Of a stretch of 59,450 nucleotides of DNA, positions 29,901-39,253 are shown piece after piece. The first letter of the stretch is position 1. Each line of letters opens with the position of its first letter. Source of the DNA: an uncultured Clostridia bacterium (GTDB taxonomy: Bacteria; Bacillota; Clostridia; Lachnospirales; Lachnospiraceae). The position numbers and the translations under genes were made by a program. Under the pieces are notes generated by a model. It had not been told where the DNA came from and did no database searches. It worked only from the letters and a program-made list of their open reading frames with translations. The stretch lies in NCBI GenBank assembly GCA_946610715.1, contig CAMOCO010000001.1, positions 1 through 59,450 on the forward strand, written 5' to 3'.

Positions 29901-30635
29901 TCAAAAACAGCAGTAACCCGGATCGAGAGAAAGTATATTGAACAGCAGAAGCTGTCTTCGTATAATACAGCTGACGAAAATGAGGTGGATAAAACAGCTG
30001 ACGAAAATGAGGCTGATATAACAGCCGATTTAGAGGAAAGAAAGAAAGCAGCCATGAGGCGGGGAACCGTGGCTCATAAAGTAATGGAACTGCTTGATTA
30101 CAGCAGCATAAATTCAATTGAAGATATGGATAAAGAAATAGACAGAATAACTGCTCTTAATTTCTTTAATGATGAAGACAGAAATAGTCTTAACAGAAAT
30201 TATATACGTAATTTTTACAGCGATGATGAAAAGTCTCTTTTCAGGAGGATGAAAAAAGCGGGCGAAAAGGGGCTCTTATTCAGGGAAAAAGCATTTCTTA
30301 TGGGGATGAAGCCGCATGAAATACCGGGTCTGAATTATAAAAAAGAGGACTTTGGTGATGATATGATTACGGTTCAGGGAATTATGGATGCATTTTTCTA
30401 TGAGATTAACGAAAGCGGCGAGAAGACTATTACAATTGTGGATTATAAGACCGATAAGGTCAGAAAGCCCGAGGAACTGGTGGAAAGGTACAGTGTTCAG
30501 CTATATCTTTACGCAATTTCACTTTCGATGATTACAGATGCCAAAATAAATGGTATAATATTTTATTGTTTCCCACTTGCAGCGGAGGTTGACTGCAGTG
30601 AGGAAATCAGTAAATTCGAGAATAAGATAAAGTAG
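26865..30635 (+). CDS. addA: ATP-dependent helicase/nuclease subunit A
   Basis: AAAGSGKT, IDEYQDS, VGDVKQSIYRFR, SIHKSKGLEY, YVAMTRA, nuclease QGIMD..VDYKTD; overlaps addB by 53 nt. Confidence 0.96.
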   Translation: MTQWNESQTEVLDSLKDKKNILVSAAAGSGKTAVLVERIVRSIAEGECSIDELLVVTFMREAASQMKSKIIKALEELCADDGNEHLVKQLAICDKADITTIDGFCNRIVKDNYNAVGIDPAYDFYDNAQKDLIRSDIMDECFEQWYNEDDKFTDLSRMFMKKGYDDSDLKETIMTLFNVSQSYADQKGFFGKLKDEATSDNPLDASWIKYLISEINFTMEDAKKRLEDYRGIYSSVKGDDETEAGYMLELINADMDYLDRVNNAKNISDIGMEANKDFPKFKNKAKCKAAFGKAVDEYSDFRESFRAVFKTAPDTDELKEELEKNRETTLQIIEYTEKYADKLLKEKIKNKKFEFGDIAHFAYQILHDQGTGKASKIAVNMRDTYKYIYIDEYQDSNYLQEDILNSIARTDDKGRPYNIFMVGDVKQSIYRFRLAKPALFMDKSELYEKNEDEGRLINLNVNYRSRREILEATNYLFYKLMHYDIGRIEYDDSVRLNTPEDEVYQSIFPEADEKSYVGGKPEIILINGDSEDEELDEEVKRSRDFMSDNEMEAYLIAQRINQLIKGKPEEGIQPFSVKNEKFNPELAESDDNSRYRNVRYGDITILMNIVAGADIMVTVLEKMGIPVTLVKNTGYFDAAEIMTMLSVLYTIDNARNDIPYTSVLLSHIGAMTEPELALVVTRRPKRRRYMYDMCHDFEMAYIDADDEELRHTAQKLARINGLIAEWRSLRSFISIPEMIDRILADTGYDIFVSSMPEGKIRLANIRMLRFKAEAFEKSGFTSLFDFIRYIEKCKMHELDFGEAGTADVGNSVRITSIHKSKGLEYPVVILARTGKRFNKRDEYKTVVIDADFGIAHDVYNKKPGGLCIRNKSIKKEMIKSIMDKEIISEEIRLLYVAMTRAREKLIITGVASNDPEKASFEHEKILKSKSFIDMILPLYNIDDAGKYFNLSVINKTDMISSIMGEGTSRRLSDKTAYDILKRMLGSTNKDEAVEADNPYDFSYSYKAAVETESKTAVTRIERKYIEQQKLSSYNTADENEVDKTADENEADITADLEERKKAAMRRGTVAHKVMELLDYSSINSIEDMDKEIDRITALNFFNDEDRNSLNRNYIRNFYSDDEKSLFRRMKKAGEKGLLFREKAFLMGMKPHEIPGLNYKKEDFGDDMITVQGIMDAFFYEINESGEKTITIVDYKTDKVRKPEELVERYSVQLYLYAISLSMITDAKINGIIFYCFPLAAEVDCSEEISKFENKIK
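29967..30028 (+). repeat. 27-nt in-frame tandem repeat in addA
   Basis: ACAGCTGACGAAAATGAGG at 29967 and 29994, with a partial third copy at 30021 (TADENEVDK-TADENEADI-TAD). Confidence 0.85.
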
Positions 30636-30676
30636 AAACAGTATTGGAAATCCGACAGGATGACAGGAGGTAAAAC

Positions 30677-31171
30677 GTGTCAAGAAATTCTAAGGAGATT
30701 GAAGGTCTCACATTATTGGGAAAAAAGAATACCGAAATACCGGCGGATTATTCACCGGAGGTTCTTGAGACATTTGTAAATATGCATCAGGAGAATGATT
30801 ATTTTGTAAAATTTAATTGTCCGGAGTTTACAAGTCTTTGCCCCATTACGGGTCAGCCTGATTTTGCTACAATATATATTTCTTATGTACCTGCCGAAAG
30901 AATGGTTGAGAGTAAATCACTTAAACTGTATCTTTTCAGTTACAGAAATCATGGCGATTTTCATGAGGATTGTGTCAATAAGATAATGAAGGATCTGATA
31001 AATCTCATGGATCCGAAGTATATAGAGGTATGGGGGAAGTTCCTTCCCAGAGGAGGTATATCCATAGATCCTTACTGCAATTACGGAAAGCCGGGAACAA
31101 AATGGGAGCAGGTTGCCTGGGACAGACTTACGAAGCATGATATGTATCCGGAGAAGGTGGATAGCAGATAG
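30677..31171 (+). CDS. queF: NADPH-dependent preQ0 reductase (type I)
   Basis: [14 protein letters not shown], QueF motif [12 protein letters not shown]; GTG start with AGGAGG RBS. Confidence 0.96.
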   Translation: MSRNSKEIEGLTLLGKKNTEIPADYSPEVLETFVNMHQENDYFVKFNCPEFTSLCPITGQPDFATIYISYVPAERMVESKSLKLYLFSYRNHGDFHEDCVNKIMKDLINLMDPKYIEVWGKFLPRGGISIDPYCNYGKPGTKWEQVAWDRLTKHDMYPEKVDSR

Positions 31172-31183
31172 TCGGAGGAATAT

Positions 31184-32497
31184 ATGAATATACAGGAAGC
31201 TGAGAAGTATATCAATAACATACCCAGATTTGCCGATAAGACAGAGCCGGAAAATGTCAGGAGGCTTATGCAGATTTTGGGGAATCCGGAAAGAAAATCC
31301 AAAACAGTTCATATTGCAGGAACCAACGGAAAAGGTTCGGTGGCAAAGATGATGAGCCTTTTTCTGGATGAATCGGGATTTAAGACCGGTCTTTTTCTGT
31401 CTCCTCATATAGAAAAGATAAATGAAAGAATATCAATAAATGAGAGAGATATTTCCGATGAGGATTTCGGGCGGATTTTTGATATTGTTAAAAATGCATC
31501 TGATGAGCTGGTGAGTCAGGGAGGAAGTCATCCTGCATATTTTGAATTCCTATTTGCCATGGGTGCGGTATATTTTGCCGAACAGGAATGCGATTATGTT
31601 GTATATGAGACCGGACTTGGCGGAAGGCTGGATGCGACAAATTGCATCATGCCATGCATGACAGCCATTACCGAAATCGGACTGGATCATGTTAAGTATC
31701 TGGGAGATACTGTGGAAAAAATAGCAGAAGAAAAGGCGGGAATAATAAAGAAAGGCGTTCCGCTGATTTATTTTACAGGCAGAATAGCTGCCAACAAAGT
31801 AATAGAATTTATTGCCAGGGAGAGAGGCTGCCCGGCATTTAATGCCGCATGGACGGATATTTCGGTTAAAAGCAGTGATGGAGGAAAGATTGATTTTTCT
31901 CTTGATAATAGATATTATACATACGATAACCTTGTAATAAATTTCGGATCCCTGTATCAGACAAGAAATGCAGCTACTGCTGTATATATGTTTGACAGGC
32001 TGTTTAATGAAAAGAGCATTGAAGAAAAGCAGTCCATAATTCAGCATGGTCTCGCACGCTTCAGGATGAAGGCCAGATTCCAGTATCTTAAGGATAATAT
32101 AGTTCTGGACGGTGCGCATAATGAGGATGCAGCCAAAGAGCTGACGCAGTCCTTAAGGAAGAGTTTTAAGAATTTCAGTAAGATCAGAAAGAAAATAGTT
32201 TTTGCTATTTCATCTGACAAGGATTATGAGAAAGTACTGGATGAATTATGCTACGGCATCAGACCATCGGAGATTTACATCACCGAGCTTTCTTCCGGAA
32301 GAAAACTGGATAAGCAGATTCTCTATGATATGTTCTCGGAAAAGATGAAAGATAAGGCAGAAATCAGAATATATGAGAATTGTGAAGATGCTTATAATGC
32401 AGCGGTTGAGGGACTGAAAGAAGATGAACTGCTTATTATAACAGGTTCCCTTTATCTTGCAGGTGAGGTATTGCAATATATAGGAAACAGAGACTGA
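31184..32497 (+). CDS. folC: Folylpolyglutamate synthase / dihydrofolate synthase
   Basis: HIAGTNGKGS, SPH..ERI, ETGLGGRLDATN, DGAHN, TGSLYL. Confidence 0.95.
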   Translation: MNIQEAEKYINNIPRFADKTEPENVRRLMQILGNPERKSKTVHIAGTNGKGSVAKMMSLFLDESGFKTGLFLSPHIEKINERISINERDISDEDFGRIFDIVKNASDELVSQGGSHPAYFEFLFAMGAVYFAEQECDYVVYETGLGGRLDATNCIMPCMTAITEIGLDHVKYLGDTVEKIAEEKAGIIKKGVPLIYFTGRIAANKVIEFIARERGCPAFNAAWTDISVKSSDGGKIDFSLDNRYYTYDNLVINFGSLYQTRNAATAVYMFDRLFNEKSIEEKQSIIQHGLARFRMKARFQYLKDNIVLDGAHNEDAAKELTQSLRKSFKNFSKIRKKIVFAISSDKDYEKVLDELCYGIRPSEIYITELSSGRKLDKQILYDMFSEKMKDKAEIRIYENCEDAYNAAVEGLKEDELLIITGSLYLAGEVLQYIGNRD

Positions 32498-32529
32498 TAA
32501 TCATTTACGGATTTGAATCAGGAGAAAGT

Positions 32530-32685
32530 ATGATAGATTTTGATGAAGAGGTAAAAAGATTTTCACCTAGTCTGGAAGTGAGCCAGGCAGAGGATGATAT
32601 TTATAAAAATGATCTTAAGGATATAGTAGATATTGTGCTTCAGATGACACAGGATTTGAGAGGTACCGATAATAATGGCAGGTAG
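32530..32685 (+). CDS. Small acidic hypothetical protein (51 aa), absent from the ORF track
   Basis: AGGAG RBS; MIDFDEEVKRFSPSLEVSQAEDDIYKNDLKDIVDIVLQMTQDLRGTDNNGR*; overlaps the next gene by 11 nt. Confidence 0.75.
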   Translation: MIDFDEEVKRFSPSLEVSQAEDDIYKNDLKDIVDIVLQMTQDLRGTDNNGR

Positions 32686-33946
32686 CAGGATGTGCAGCTA
32701 TTGCGGCAGTCCTGTTGGAATGGGCGGATACTGTATCTCCTGCAGACTGAATCAGAAATTCCTGAAGAAAGCCGGCAATACGTCACTGTATTATTACAAT
32801 ATTGGCCTCGAGAGAGCGAGAGCCCATGACCTTACAGGGGCTGTGGGTGCTCTTAGTATGTCTCTGAGATATAATAAAACCAATGTGAATTCCAGAAATC
32901 TGCTGGGACTCATTTATTATGAAATGGGAGAAACTGTAACGGCCTTGTCACATTGGGTTATCAGCGCCAATTATAATTCCGAGGATAATCCGGCAGTGAA
33001 ATATCTGAAGGAACTTAGAAATAATCCCAAAACATTGGAGGAAAGTGATGAGATAGCCCGAGGCTTTAATACGGCACTTCAGCAGGCGGTAAATCATGAG
33101 TTTGATCTGGCGGTCATACAGCTCCATAAATGTATTTCCGGAAATGAGCATTTTGTAAAAGGGTATCTGCTTTTGGCGCTTATATACCTCGAAACAAAGA
33201 AAGACGGTATGGCCAGAAAATACCTGGAAAAGGTCCTGACCATTGATAAAGGAAATATCACAGCACTCCACTTTCTTGGTGAAATGGGAGAAAGTGAAGA
33301 TATAGTAACAAAGAAAATTGAGCAGGAGCCGGAGGAACCGGTTGAAATGTTCAATTATTACGGGATAGAAGAAGAAAAGGGCCGTCCCGCAAGGAAAATA
33401 ATTCCCGAGAGAGGGGAAAGAAAACGTGTAAGAATCAGAAATTCCAGAGAAGAAAGTATGGTAAAATATGCTAATCTGTATATGTTTGCCGGGATAATAA
33501 TAGGTGCGCTGGTATTTTATTTTCTTATAGCTCCGGGGATTCGCAGAAACTATATTGATAAGATAAATGAGATGGACAGAACCTACAGCAGTACACTTGC
33601 TTCGAGAAATTCAGAAGTGGAAAATCTGACAATGCTGGTTGGAAGTGCCAATGAAAAAAATGATACCTTTCAGCTGAAGGAAGAGGAATATAAGAAGCAG
33701 ATAGAAAAACAAAAGGAAGAAATAGAGAAGCTTAAAGCCGCAGTTGAAGAAGGCGGGGGATCAGTTGTTGATATAGATGAACCCGAAGATACAGATGATG
33801 GCGGAGAAGAAACCGAAGCTCAGGAAAACAGAAGTGGCGTGGGGCATAATATTGGACAGGTTGATAATGCGGCTGCGGAAAGAAATAATGCAAATATCAG
33901 AGGTATTACCAAAACAGATGTGGAAGCACTTATCCAGGGTGAGTAA
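32675..33946 (+). CDS. Zinc-ribbon and TPR membrane protein with a C-terminal coiled coil
   Basis: CSYC..CISC; TPR-like repeats (YYNIGL, NLLGLIYYEMG, YLLLALIYL); single TM; E/K-rich helical tail. Confidence 0.8.
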   Translation: MAGSRMCSYCGSPVGMGGYCISCRLNQKFLKKAGNTSLYYYNIGLERARAHDLTGAVGALSMSLRYNKTNVNSRNLLGLIYYEMGETVTALSHWVISANYNSEDNPAVKYLKELRNNPKTLEESDEIARGFNTALQQAVNHEFDLAVIQLHKCISGNEHFVKGYLLLALIYLETKKDGMARKYLEKVLTIDKGNITALHFLGEMGESEDIVTKKIEQEPEEPVEMFNYYGIEEEKGRPARKIIPERGERKRVRIRNSREESMVKYANLYMFAGIIIGALVFYFLIAPGIRRNYIDKINEMDRTYSSTLASRNSEVENLTMLVGSANEKNDTFQLKEEEYKKQIEKQKEEIEKLKAAVEEGGGSVVDIDEPEDTDDGGEETEAQENRSGVGHNIGQVDNAAAERNNANIRGITKTDVEALIQGE

Positions 33947-33967
33947 TATTAGATGGAGGATCAGTTA

Positions 33968-34546
33968 ATGAATAATAATGCTTTTATCATATTTATAAAG
34001 AAAAACAGTAAGGGGCTTGTAGTTCCCGCAATTCTTATAATTCTGGGACTGTTTATGATATTTCATCCAAATGGATGGATGGCATTAATAGTCAGGGTTC
34101 TGGGTATTTTATTTGTATTAGCGGGGGTGCTTCTGGGATGTTCACTCATTGCGGCAGTCTCACCATATACTATGGCACTGGCAATTGCACTTGTAGTTAT
34201 AGGAATCATATGTCTCGCACTTCCGAACCCTTTGTCCGAACTTATCCTGAATGTTATCGGAATATGTATGATCATTAATTCTGTTGTCAGTATTCATGAT
34301 GCTTATGTCATAAAGGGTAAGAGTGATAATTTTATAAAATATATTATAATTGACATTATAACCCTTATTATCGGAATAGTATTATTCTTTGTTCCTTCAA
34401 CTGTTGAGGGCATAGTTGTGGTCATTATCGGAATAGTGCTGGCGGTAATAGGTATATCAAATATGATTACAGTATTCAGAGTATATCGGGACGGAGGAAG
34501 ATATATTAATGATGGTTCTGATGTAGTCTGGGAAGAGGAAGTATAG
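33968..34546 (+). CDS. HdeD/DUF308-like membrane protein
   Basis: About six short Gly/Ile-rich TM helices in repeated units; GGAGG RBS before ATG 33968. Confidence 0.65.
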   Translation: MNNNAFIIFIKKNSKGLVVPAILIILGLFMIFHPNGWMALIVRVLGILFVLAGVLLGCSLIAAVSPYTMALAIALVVIGIICLALPNPLSELILNVIGICMIINSVVSIHDAYVIKGKSDNFIKYIIIDIITLIIGIVLFFVPSTVEGIVVVIIGIVLAVIGISNMITVFRVYRDGGRYINDGSDVVWEEEV

Positions 34547-34548
34547 AT

Positions 34549-35019
34549 ATGAGAGTCGGAATGGGATATGATGTACACCGCCTGGTTGAAGACAGAAAAC
34601 TTATTCTGGGAGGCGTGGAAATTGATTATGAGAAGGGGCTGTTGGGACATTCTGATGCAGACTGTCTGGTACATGCTATTATGGATGCCTTACTTGGAGC
34701 AGCCTGTATGGGTGATATAGGAAAACATTTTCCGGATTCGGATGAAAGATATTCCGGTGCAGACAGTATGCAGCTTATGTCCGAGGTCCGTTCAATGATT
34801 GAAAAAGCCGGTTTTACAATAGGAAATATAGATGCGGTAATAATAGCCCAAAAGCCAAAGATGGCACCGCACATTCCATTAATGAGGATAAAAGTTGCAA
34901 ATGTTTTGGGAATTGACGAATCAAGTGTAAATATTAAAGCCACCACAGAAGAGGGGCTGGGATTTACAGGTGAAGGTAAGGGAATTGCATGTCAGGCGGT
35001 TGCCCTTTTAGAGGAGTAG
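34549..35019 (+). CDS. ispF: 2-C-methyl-D-erythritol 2,4-cyclodiphosphate synthase
   Basis: [35 protein letters not shown]. Confidence 0.97.
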   Translation: MRVGMGYDVHRLVEDRKLILGGVEIDYEKGLLGHSDADCLVHAIMDALLGAACMGDIGKHFPDSDERYSGADSMQLMSEVRSMIEKAGFTIGNIDAVIIAQKPKMAPHIPLMRIKVANVLGIDESSVNIKATTEEGLGFTGEGKGIACQAVALLEE

Positions 35020-35023
35020 TCAG

Positions 35024-36001
35024 GTGATAAAATTATCAGATAAATCGATGCCGGAAATTGCTGAAATGAAGCTTTTGTGGATGGAAGCTTTTCCGGACAG
35101 CGAGGAATATGTAGATTTTTATTTTGATTATGTATGTTTAAATAATAAAATAGTAACTTTGAGAGAGGACGGGATATTAACGGGAATGCTGCATCTTAAT
35201 CCCTATACTTTTTCAAAGGCAGGTAAAGAACAGTACAGAACTTATTTTATTAACGGTGCAGTTGTGAGAGAAGGTTACAGGCAGCAGGGAAGACTGAAAA
35301 GAATGCTGCAATATGCCTTTTCGGTACTGGAGTCAGAGGGCATAAGATTTGTATATATTAATCCGAATGATGAAAGGTATTTTATCAGCTCGGGATTTCA
35401 GACAATCACTCAATTGGCGGAAATAAGATTTCGTAAGGAGGACATTAACCTCCTGAAGGATGAGATGATCAATTCAAGGAGTGATGTGGAATTCGGGAAG
35501 CTGGTGGGACACATGATCCTTCCGAATTTTTCGGGTGAAAATTTGAGAAATAATATTGCTTCCATGCATGGCAGATATGACAGATATGTCAATATAGGTA
35601 AGCAAGGTCTGGTTCAGGGGTATTATTCAGTCTTTGTCAGAGGTGATACTGTTTATGTGGACAACTTTGTACCTTATTTCGGCCTCAGACAGATTACATC
35701 AAAAATGTTCAAGGATATAGAGGCGGCAATATACAGTGTAGGTTCCGATATAGCAGAATCCATTGAAGAGATGGATTCGGCTGAAGAATCCGTATATGAG
35801 GATTATGCGGATGAGGGCGGCGCTTTGCCGGACCAAAAATTTATAAAATATATAAGCATTACCATGGATACCCGTTTGATAAATTGTTATAGTCAGACAC
35901 TGGATATGAATCAGGTAAGGCTTTCAAGAAAATATATGTTTCTGGAACTGAAGGATTCGGCAATCGATTACGGGAGTCTCATATTCAGTGAACTATTCTG
36001 A
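35024..36001 (+). CDS. GNAT family N-acetyltransferase (Eis-like N-terminus)
   Basis: LW.EAFPD; acetyl-CoA motif VREGYRQQGRL; YFISSGF. Confidence 0.75.
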   Translation: MIKLSDKSMPEIAEMKLLWMEAFPDSEEYVDFYFDYVCLNNKIVTLREDGILTGMLHLNPYTFSKAGKEQYRTYFINGAVVREGYRQQGRLKRMLQYAFSVLESEGIRFVYINPNDERYFISSGFQTITQLAEIRFRKEDINLLKDEMINSRSDVEFGKLVGHMILPNFSGENLRNNIASMHGRYDRYVNIGKQGLVQGYYSVFVRGDTVYVDNFVPYFGLRQITSKMFKDIEAAIYSVGSDIAESIEEMDSAEESVYEDYADEGGALPDQKFIKYISITMDTRLINCYSQTLDMNQVRLSRKYMFLELKDSAIDYGSLIFSELF

Positions 36002-36034
36002 TTATTGTTATTTGAAAAAATGGAGGAAACAGAG

Positions 36035-36541
36035 ATGGATAAGTTGAATGAAAGAGTAGTAAAGGCTAAGGCGGATTCCTCAGCTGTATTGTCGGTGGCA
36101 GGTTCAATATTTGTAATACTTATGGGACTGTTTTTGACGGTAACGGTTACTCCTTTTTCACTCCTGGTAGTGGTTATAGGTTCATATCTTTTGGCATATG
36201 TTAAGGATGGGCTGAAACTTGAATATGAATATACACTTACCAATGGGGACATAGATGTAGCAAAGATTCTTGATAAAAAAAGACGTAAAGAGATAAGAAG
36301 TATTTCCGCTGACAGCATTACATACATGAATTATGCTGATTCCGAAAGAGTCCGGAATGATCTGGAAGTAAAGAAGGGGCAGGTATTGATCAGGGATTAT
36401 TCCGGTGTTGCAGAGGACGGAAAGCTGGTGGCAATATATTCATCCGATGGAAACAGAGATGCGATAGATATATTCAGTTTTGATGAAAAATGTCTGAATC
36501 ATATGAAAGATGTTCTTAAGATGAAAAGCGCAATAAAGTAA
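36035..36541 (+). CDS. Conserved-type two-TM protein with a cytoplasmic domain (DUF6106-like)
   Basis: Two TMs followed by EYEYTLTNGDIDVAKI.KKRRK; GGAGG RBS before ATG 36035. Confidence 0.65.
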   Translation: MDKLNERVVKAKADSSAVLSVAGSIFVILMGLFLTVTVTPFSLLVVVIGSYLLAYVKDGLKLEYEYTLTNGDIDVAKILDKKRRKEIRSISADSITYMNYADSERVRNDLEVKKGQVLIRDYSGVAEDGKLVAIYSSDGNRDAIDIFSFDEKCLNHMKDVLKMKSAIK

Positions 36542-36578
36542 AAATCCTTTAGATCATGGTGAAGCGGATGAAAATAAA

Positions 36579-36610
36579 AAAGACATATACATATAAATGT
36601 ATATGTCTTT
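36579..36610. terminator. Bidirectional AT-rich terminator
   Basis: AAAGACATATACAT-ATAA-ATGTATATGTCTTT between convergent genes. Confidence 0.75.
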
Positions 36611-36632
36611 AATAATAGTCAAAAAAGATAAA

Positions 36633-36866
36633 TCACGGATCAAGCGGTATCATCTTGAGACCTTTATACATCTTAGTATACATACTTTTTTCATCTTTGT
36701 ATAAAAATGTTCCGCGAGCTCCGTCGCGAATGATGTAAGCATACTTATTCTTTTGAACATTCATGTATAATACTTCCTCTACGTTAAGCTCTTGGGCTTT
36801 GACCTTGGCAGTATACACATTGACAGGTTCCATTTTATACTTTTTAACAGCCTGTTCAACAGTCAT
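36633..36866 (-). CDS. Small basic hypothetical protein (77 aa)
   Basis: RBS AAGGAGGG; own promoter TTGACT-17-TATACT (36932-36904); downstream hairpin. Confidence 0.75.
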   Translation of the reverse strand: MTVEQAVKKYKMEPVNVYTAKVKAQELNVEEVLYMNVQKNKYAYIIRDGARGTFLYKDEKSMYTKMYKGLKMIPLDP

Positions 36867-36964
36867 GTCAAACCCTCCTTCACCTAAAATTCAATCTACG
36901 TTTAGTATATTGTAAATATAAGTTAAAGTCAACTTTAAAAAATTATTTCACGGGACAAAATAAA

Positions 36965-37630
36965 ATGCAGAATTATTATAGGGAATTTGAAAAACAGATA
37001 GAAAATATAAAAAATGAGATATGTGATAACGGCAAAAAACCGGGGCTTCTTATGCATGCATGCTGCTGCCCATGCAGTTCTCATTGTATAGAGCTTCTGG
37101 AAGAAATATTTAGTATTACCGTTTATTTTTATAACCCGAATATTGATGAGAAGGAAGAATATGAAAAAAGATATAATGAATTCCTCAGATTCAGAGATGA
37201 GGCGGATTTTGCCGGAGGAATAAGTATTGTCAGGGAAGAGTTTGACCCGTCCCCGTTCTATGAGATTGCCAGAGGAAGAGAGATGCTCCCTGAGAGAGGA
37301 GCAAGATGTTATGACTGCTATTTGCTGAGAATGAGAAGATCGGCGCAGTATGCTGCAGAAAACGGATTCGATTATTTTACGACAACCCTCTCCATCAGTC
37401 CGTATAAGAACGCAGACTGGATAAATGAAATAGGTATGAAACTGGAAAATGAACTGAGAGAAAGTTTCGGGGATAAGGTTCCTCAGTTTTTATTCAGTGA
37501 CTTTAAGAAAAAGAACGGATATAAGAGATCGGTAGAGCTTTCAAAGGAGTATGGACTTTACAGACAGAATTATTGTGGCTGCAGATACTCAAAACCGGTG
37601 ACTGAAGATATTCAAAACCTTGATTTATAG
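36965..37630 (+). CDS. queH: Epoxyqueuosine reductase QueH (DUF208 type)
   Basis: HACCCPC, YFYNPNI, ERGARCYDC, TTLSISPYK, YRQNYCGC. Confidence 0.92.
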   Translation: MQNYYREFEKQIENIKNEICDNGKKPGLLMHACCCPCSSHCIELLEEIFSITVYFYNPNIDEKEEYEKRYNEFLRFRDEADFAGGISIVREEFDPSPFYEIARGREMLPERGARCYDCYLLRMRRSAQYAAENGFDYFTTTLSISPYKNADWINEIGMKLENELRESFGDKVPQFLFSDFKKKNGYKRSVELSKEYGLYRQNYCGCRYSKPVTEDIQNLDL

Positions 37631-37648
37631 TGAGATTCTTGTTATAGT
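37620..37648 (+). promoter_or_regulatory. Promoter of the amino-acid ABC operon
   Basis: TTGATT, 17 nt, TATAGT with an extended TGn. Confidence 0.55.
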
Positions 37649-37685
37649 ATATCACGTTGTAAACCCAGAAATCGGAGGTAGAAAA

Positions 37686-38537
37686 ATGTTAAAGAAAAAA
37701 TTAGTGGCAATTACTGCAGCTCTTACCATGAGTCTGTCATTATTCGGATGCGGAAATGGGGATCAGCCAAAGACAGAGGCGGCTTCAGCCGAAGGAATTG
37801 TATCTGAGGATGGTGGCGCCGAGGCGGTTGCTGACATTGCCAAGATTAAGGAAAAGGGAAGTCTGGTAATAGGAATTACTGATTTTGCTCCTATGGATTA
37901 TAAGGATGATAGTGGCGAATGGATTGGCTTTGATGCAGATATGGCAAGTGCATTTGCTGAAAGCCTCGGAGTGAAGGCTGAGTTCGTTGAGATTGACTGG
38001 GATAATAAGATCCTCGAACTGGACTCAGGTAATATTGACTGTGTATGGAATGGAATGACACTTACAGATGAGGTTCGCTCATCAATGGACTGCTCAAATG
38101 CATATTGTAACAATGCTCAGATAGTTATAGTTCCTGCCGATAAGGCTGATCAGTATCAGACAGTAGAAAGCCTTGCTGACCTGCAGTTTGCTGTTGAGTC
38201 AGGAAGTGCGGGACAGTCTGAAGCAGAAGCTCATAATCTGAAGTTCACTCCCGTAAAGGATCAGGCAACCACACTTATGGAAGTAAAATCAGGAACATCT
38301 GATGCAGCTATCATCGATTCACTTATGGCAGCTGCCATGGTTGGAGAGGGAACAGATTATGCTGATCTGACTTATACAGTCGGACTTAACAGTGAAGAGT
38401 ATGGTGTTGGATTCCGTAAAGGTTCCGATCTGAAGGACGAGCTTAACAAGTTCTTCGTTGCAAGTTATGCTGACGGAACTATGCAAAGTATTGCGGAAAA
38501 GTATGGTGTACAGGCAGCTCTCATCGAGCAGAAATAA
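37686..38537 (+). CDS. Polar amino-acid ABC transporter substrate-binding lipoprotein
   Basis: Lipobox LFGC; FAPMDY, GFDAD, IDCVWNGMT, EEYGVGFRK; GGAGG RBS before ATG 37686. Confidence 0.92.
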   Translation: MLKKKLVAITAALTMSLSLFGCGNGDQPKTEAASAEGIVSEDGGAEAVADIAKIKEKGSLVIGITDFAPMDYKDDSGEWIGFDADMASAFAESLGVKAEFVEIDWDNKILELDSGNIDCVWNGMTLTDEVRSSMDCSNAYCNNAQIVIVPADKADQYQTVESLADLQFAVESGSAGQSEAEAHNLKFTPVKDQATTLMEVKSGTSDAAIIDSLMAAAMVGEGTDYADLTYTVGLNSEEYGVGFRKGSDLKDELNKFFVASYADGTMQSIAEKYGVQAALIEQK

Positions 38538-38557
38538 TAATAATTTGAGGCAAAGGT

Positions 38558-39244
38558 ATGAATCAGTTTTTTGAACAATTTCCGGTGGTATTTAATGCAC
38601 TTAATGTGGGATTCCTTCAGACGCTGAAGTTATTCTTTGTAACTCTTCTCGGAGCACTTCCACTGGGACTTTTGATATGTTTTGCTTCTAAATCCAAGAT
38701 ATTTCCGCTCAGGCTGTTTTTTAAGCTCTTAATCTGGGTCATAAGGGGAACTCCCCTTATGATCCAGCTTCTTATTATTTATTATTTCCCGGGACTTGTT
38801 TTAGGAAAATCAATCTGGGGAAGTGGTGAAAATGGAAGATTTGCAGCTTCGGCGATTGCATTTGTTATTAATTATGCATGTTATTTTTCAGAGATATACA
38901 GGGGTGGTATAATCAGCATTCCTGTAGGACAGGATGAAGCGGGACTTGTTCTTGGTATGACCAGGTCACAGGTCTTTTTCCGTGTAAAACTTCTTCAAAT
39001 GGTAAAAAGGATACTTCCGCCCATGTCGAATGAAGTGCTTACACTGGTAAAGGATACTTCGCTGGCGAGGATAATAGCCCTGCAGGAGGTTATCTGGGCA
39101 GGACAGGCATTCATGAAAGGTTCTCAGGGAATATCCGGTGCTATATGGCCGCTGTTCTTTACGGCAATTTATTATCTGGTTTGTAATGGACTTCTGACTA
39201 TATTATTCGGAAGGCTGGAGAAGAAACTGGATTATTTCAGATAG
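38558..39244 (+). CDS. Polar amino-acid ABC transporter permease
   Basis: RGTPLMIQL, SEIYRGGI..GQDEA, LVKDTSL. Confidence 0.93.
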   Translation: MNQFFEQFPVVFNALNVGFLQTLKLFFVTLLGALPLGLLICFASKSKIFPLRLFFKLLIWVIRGTPLMIQLLIIYYFPGLVLGKSIWGSGENGRFAASAIAFVINYACYFSEIYRGGIISIPVGQDEAGLVLGMTRSQVFFRVKLLQMVKRILPPMSNEVLTLVKDTSLARIIALQEVIWAGQAFMKGSQGISGAIWPLFFTAIYYLVCNGLLTILFGRLEKKLDYFR

Positions 39245-39253
39245 GAGACATGT

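Noticed and set aside
30636-30676. preQ1 riboswitch upstream of queF
   Set aside because: The 41-nt gap lacks the stem plus A-rich tail pattern.
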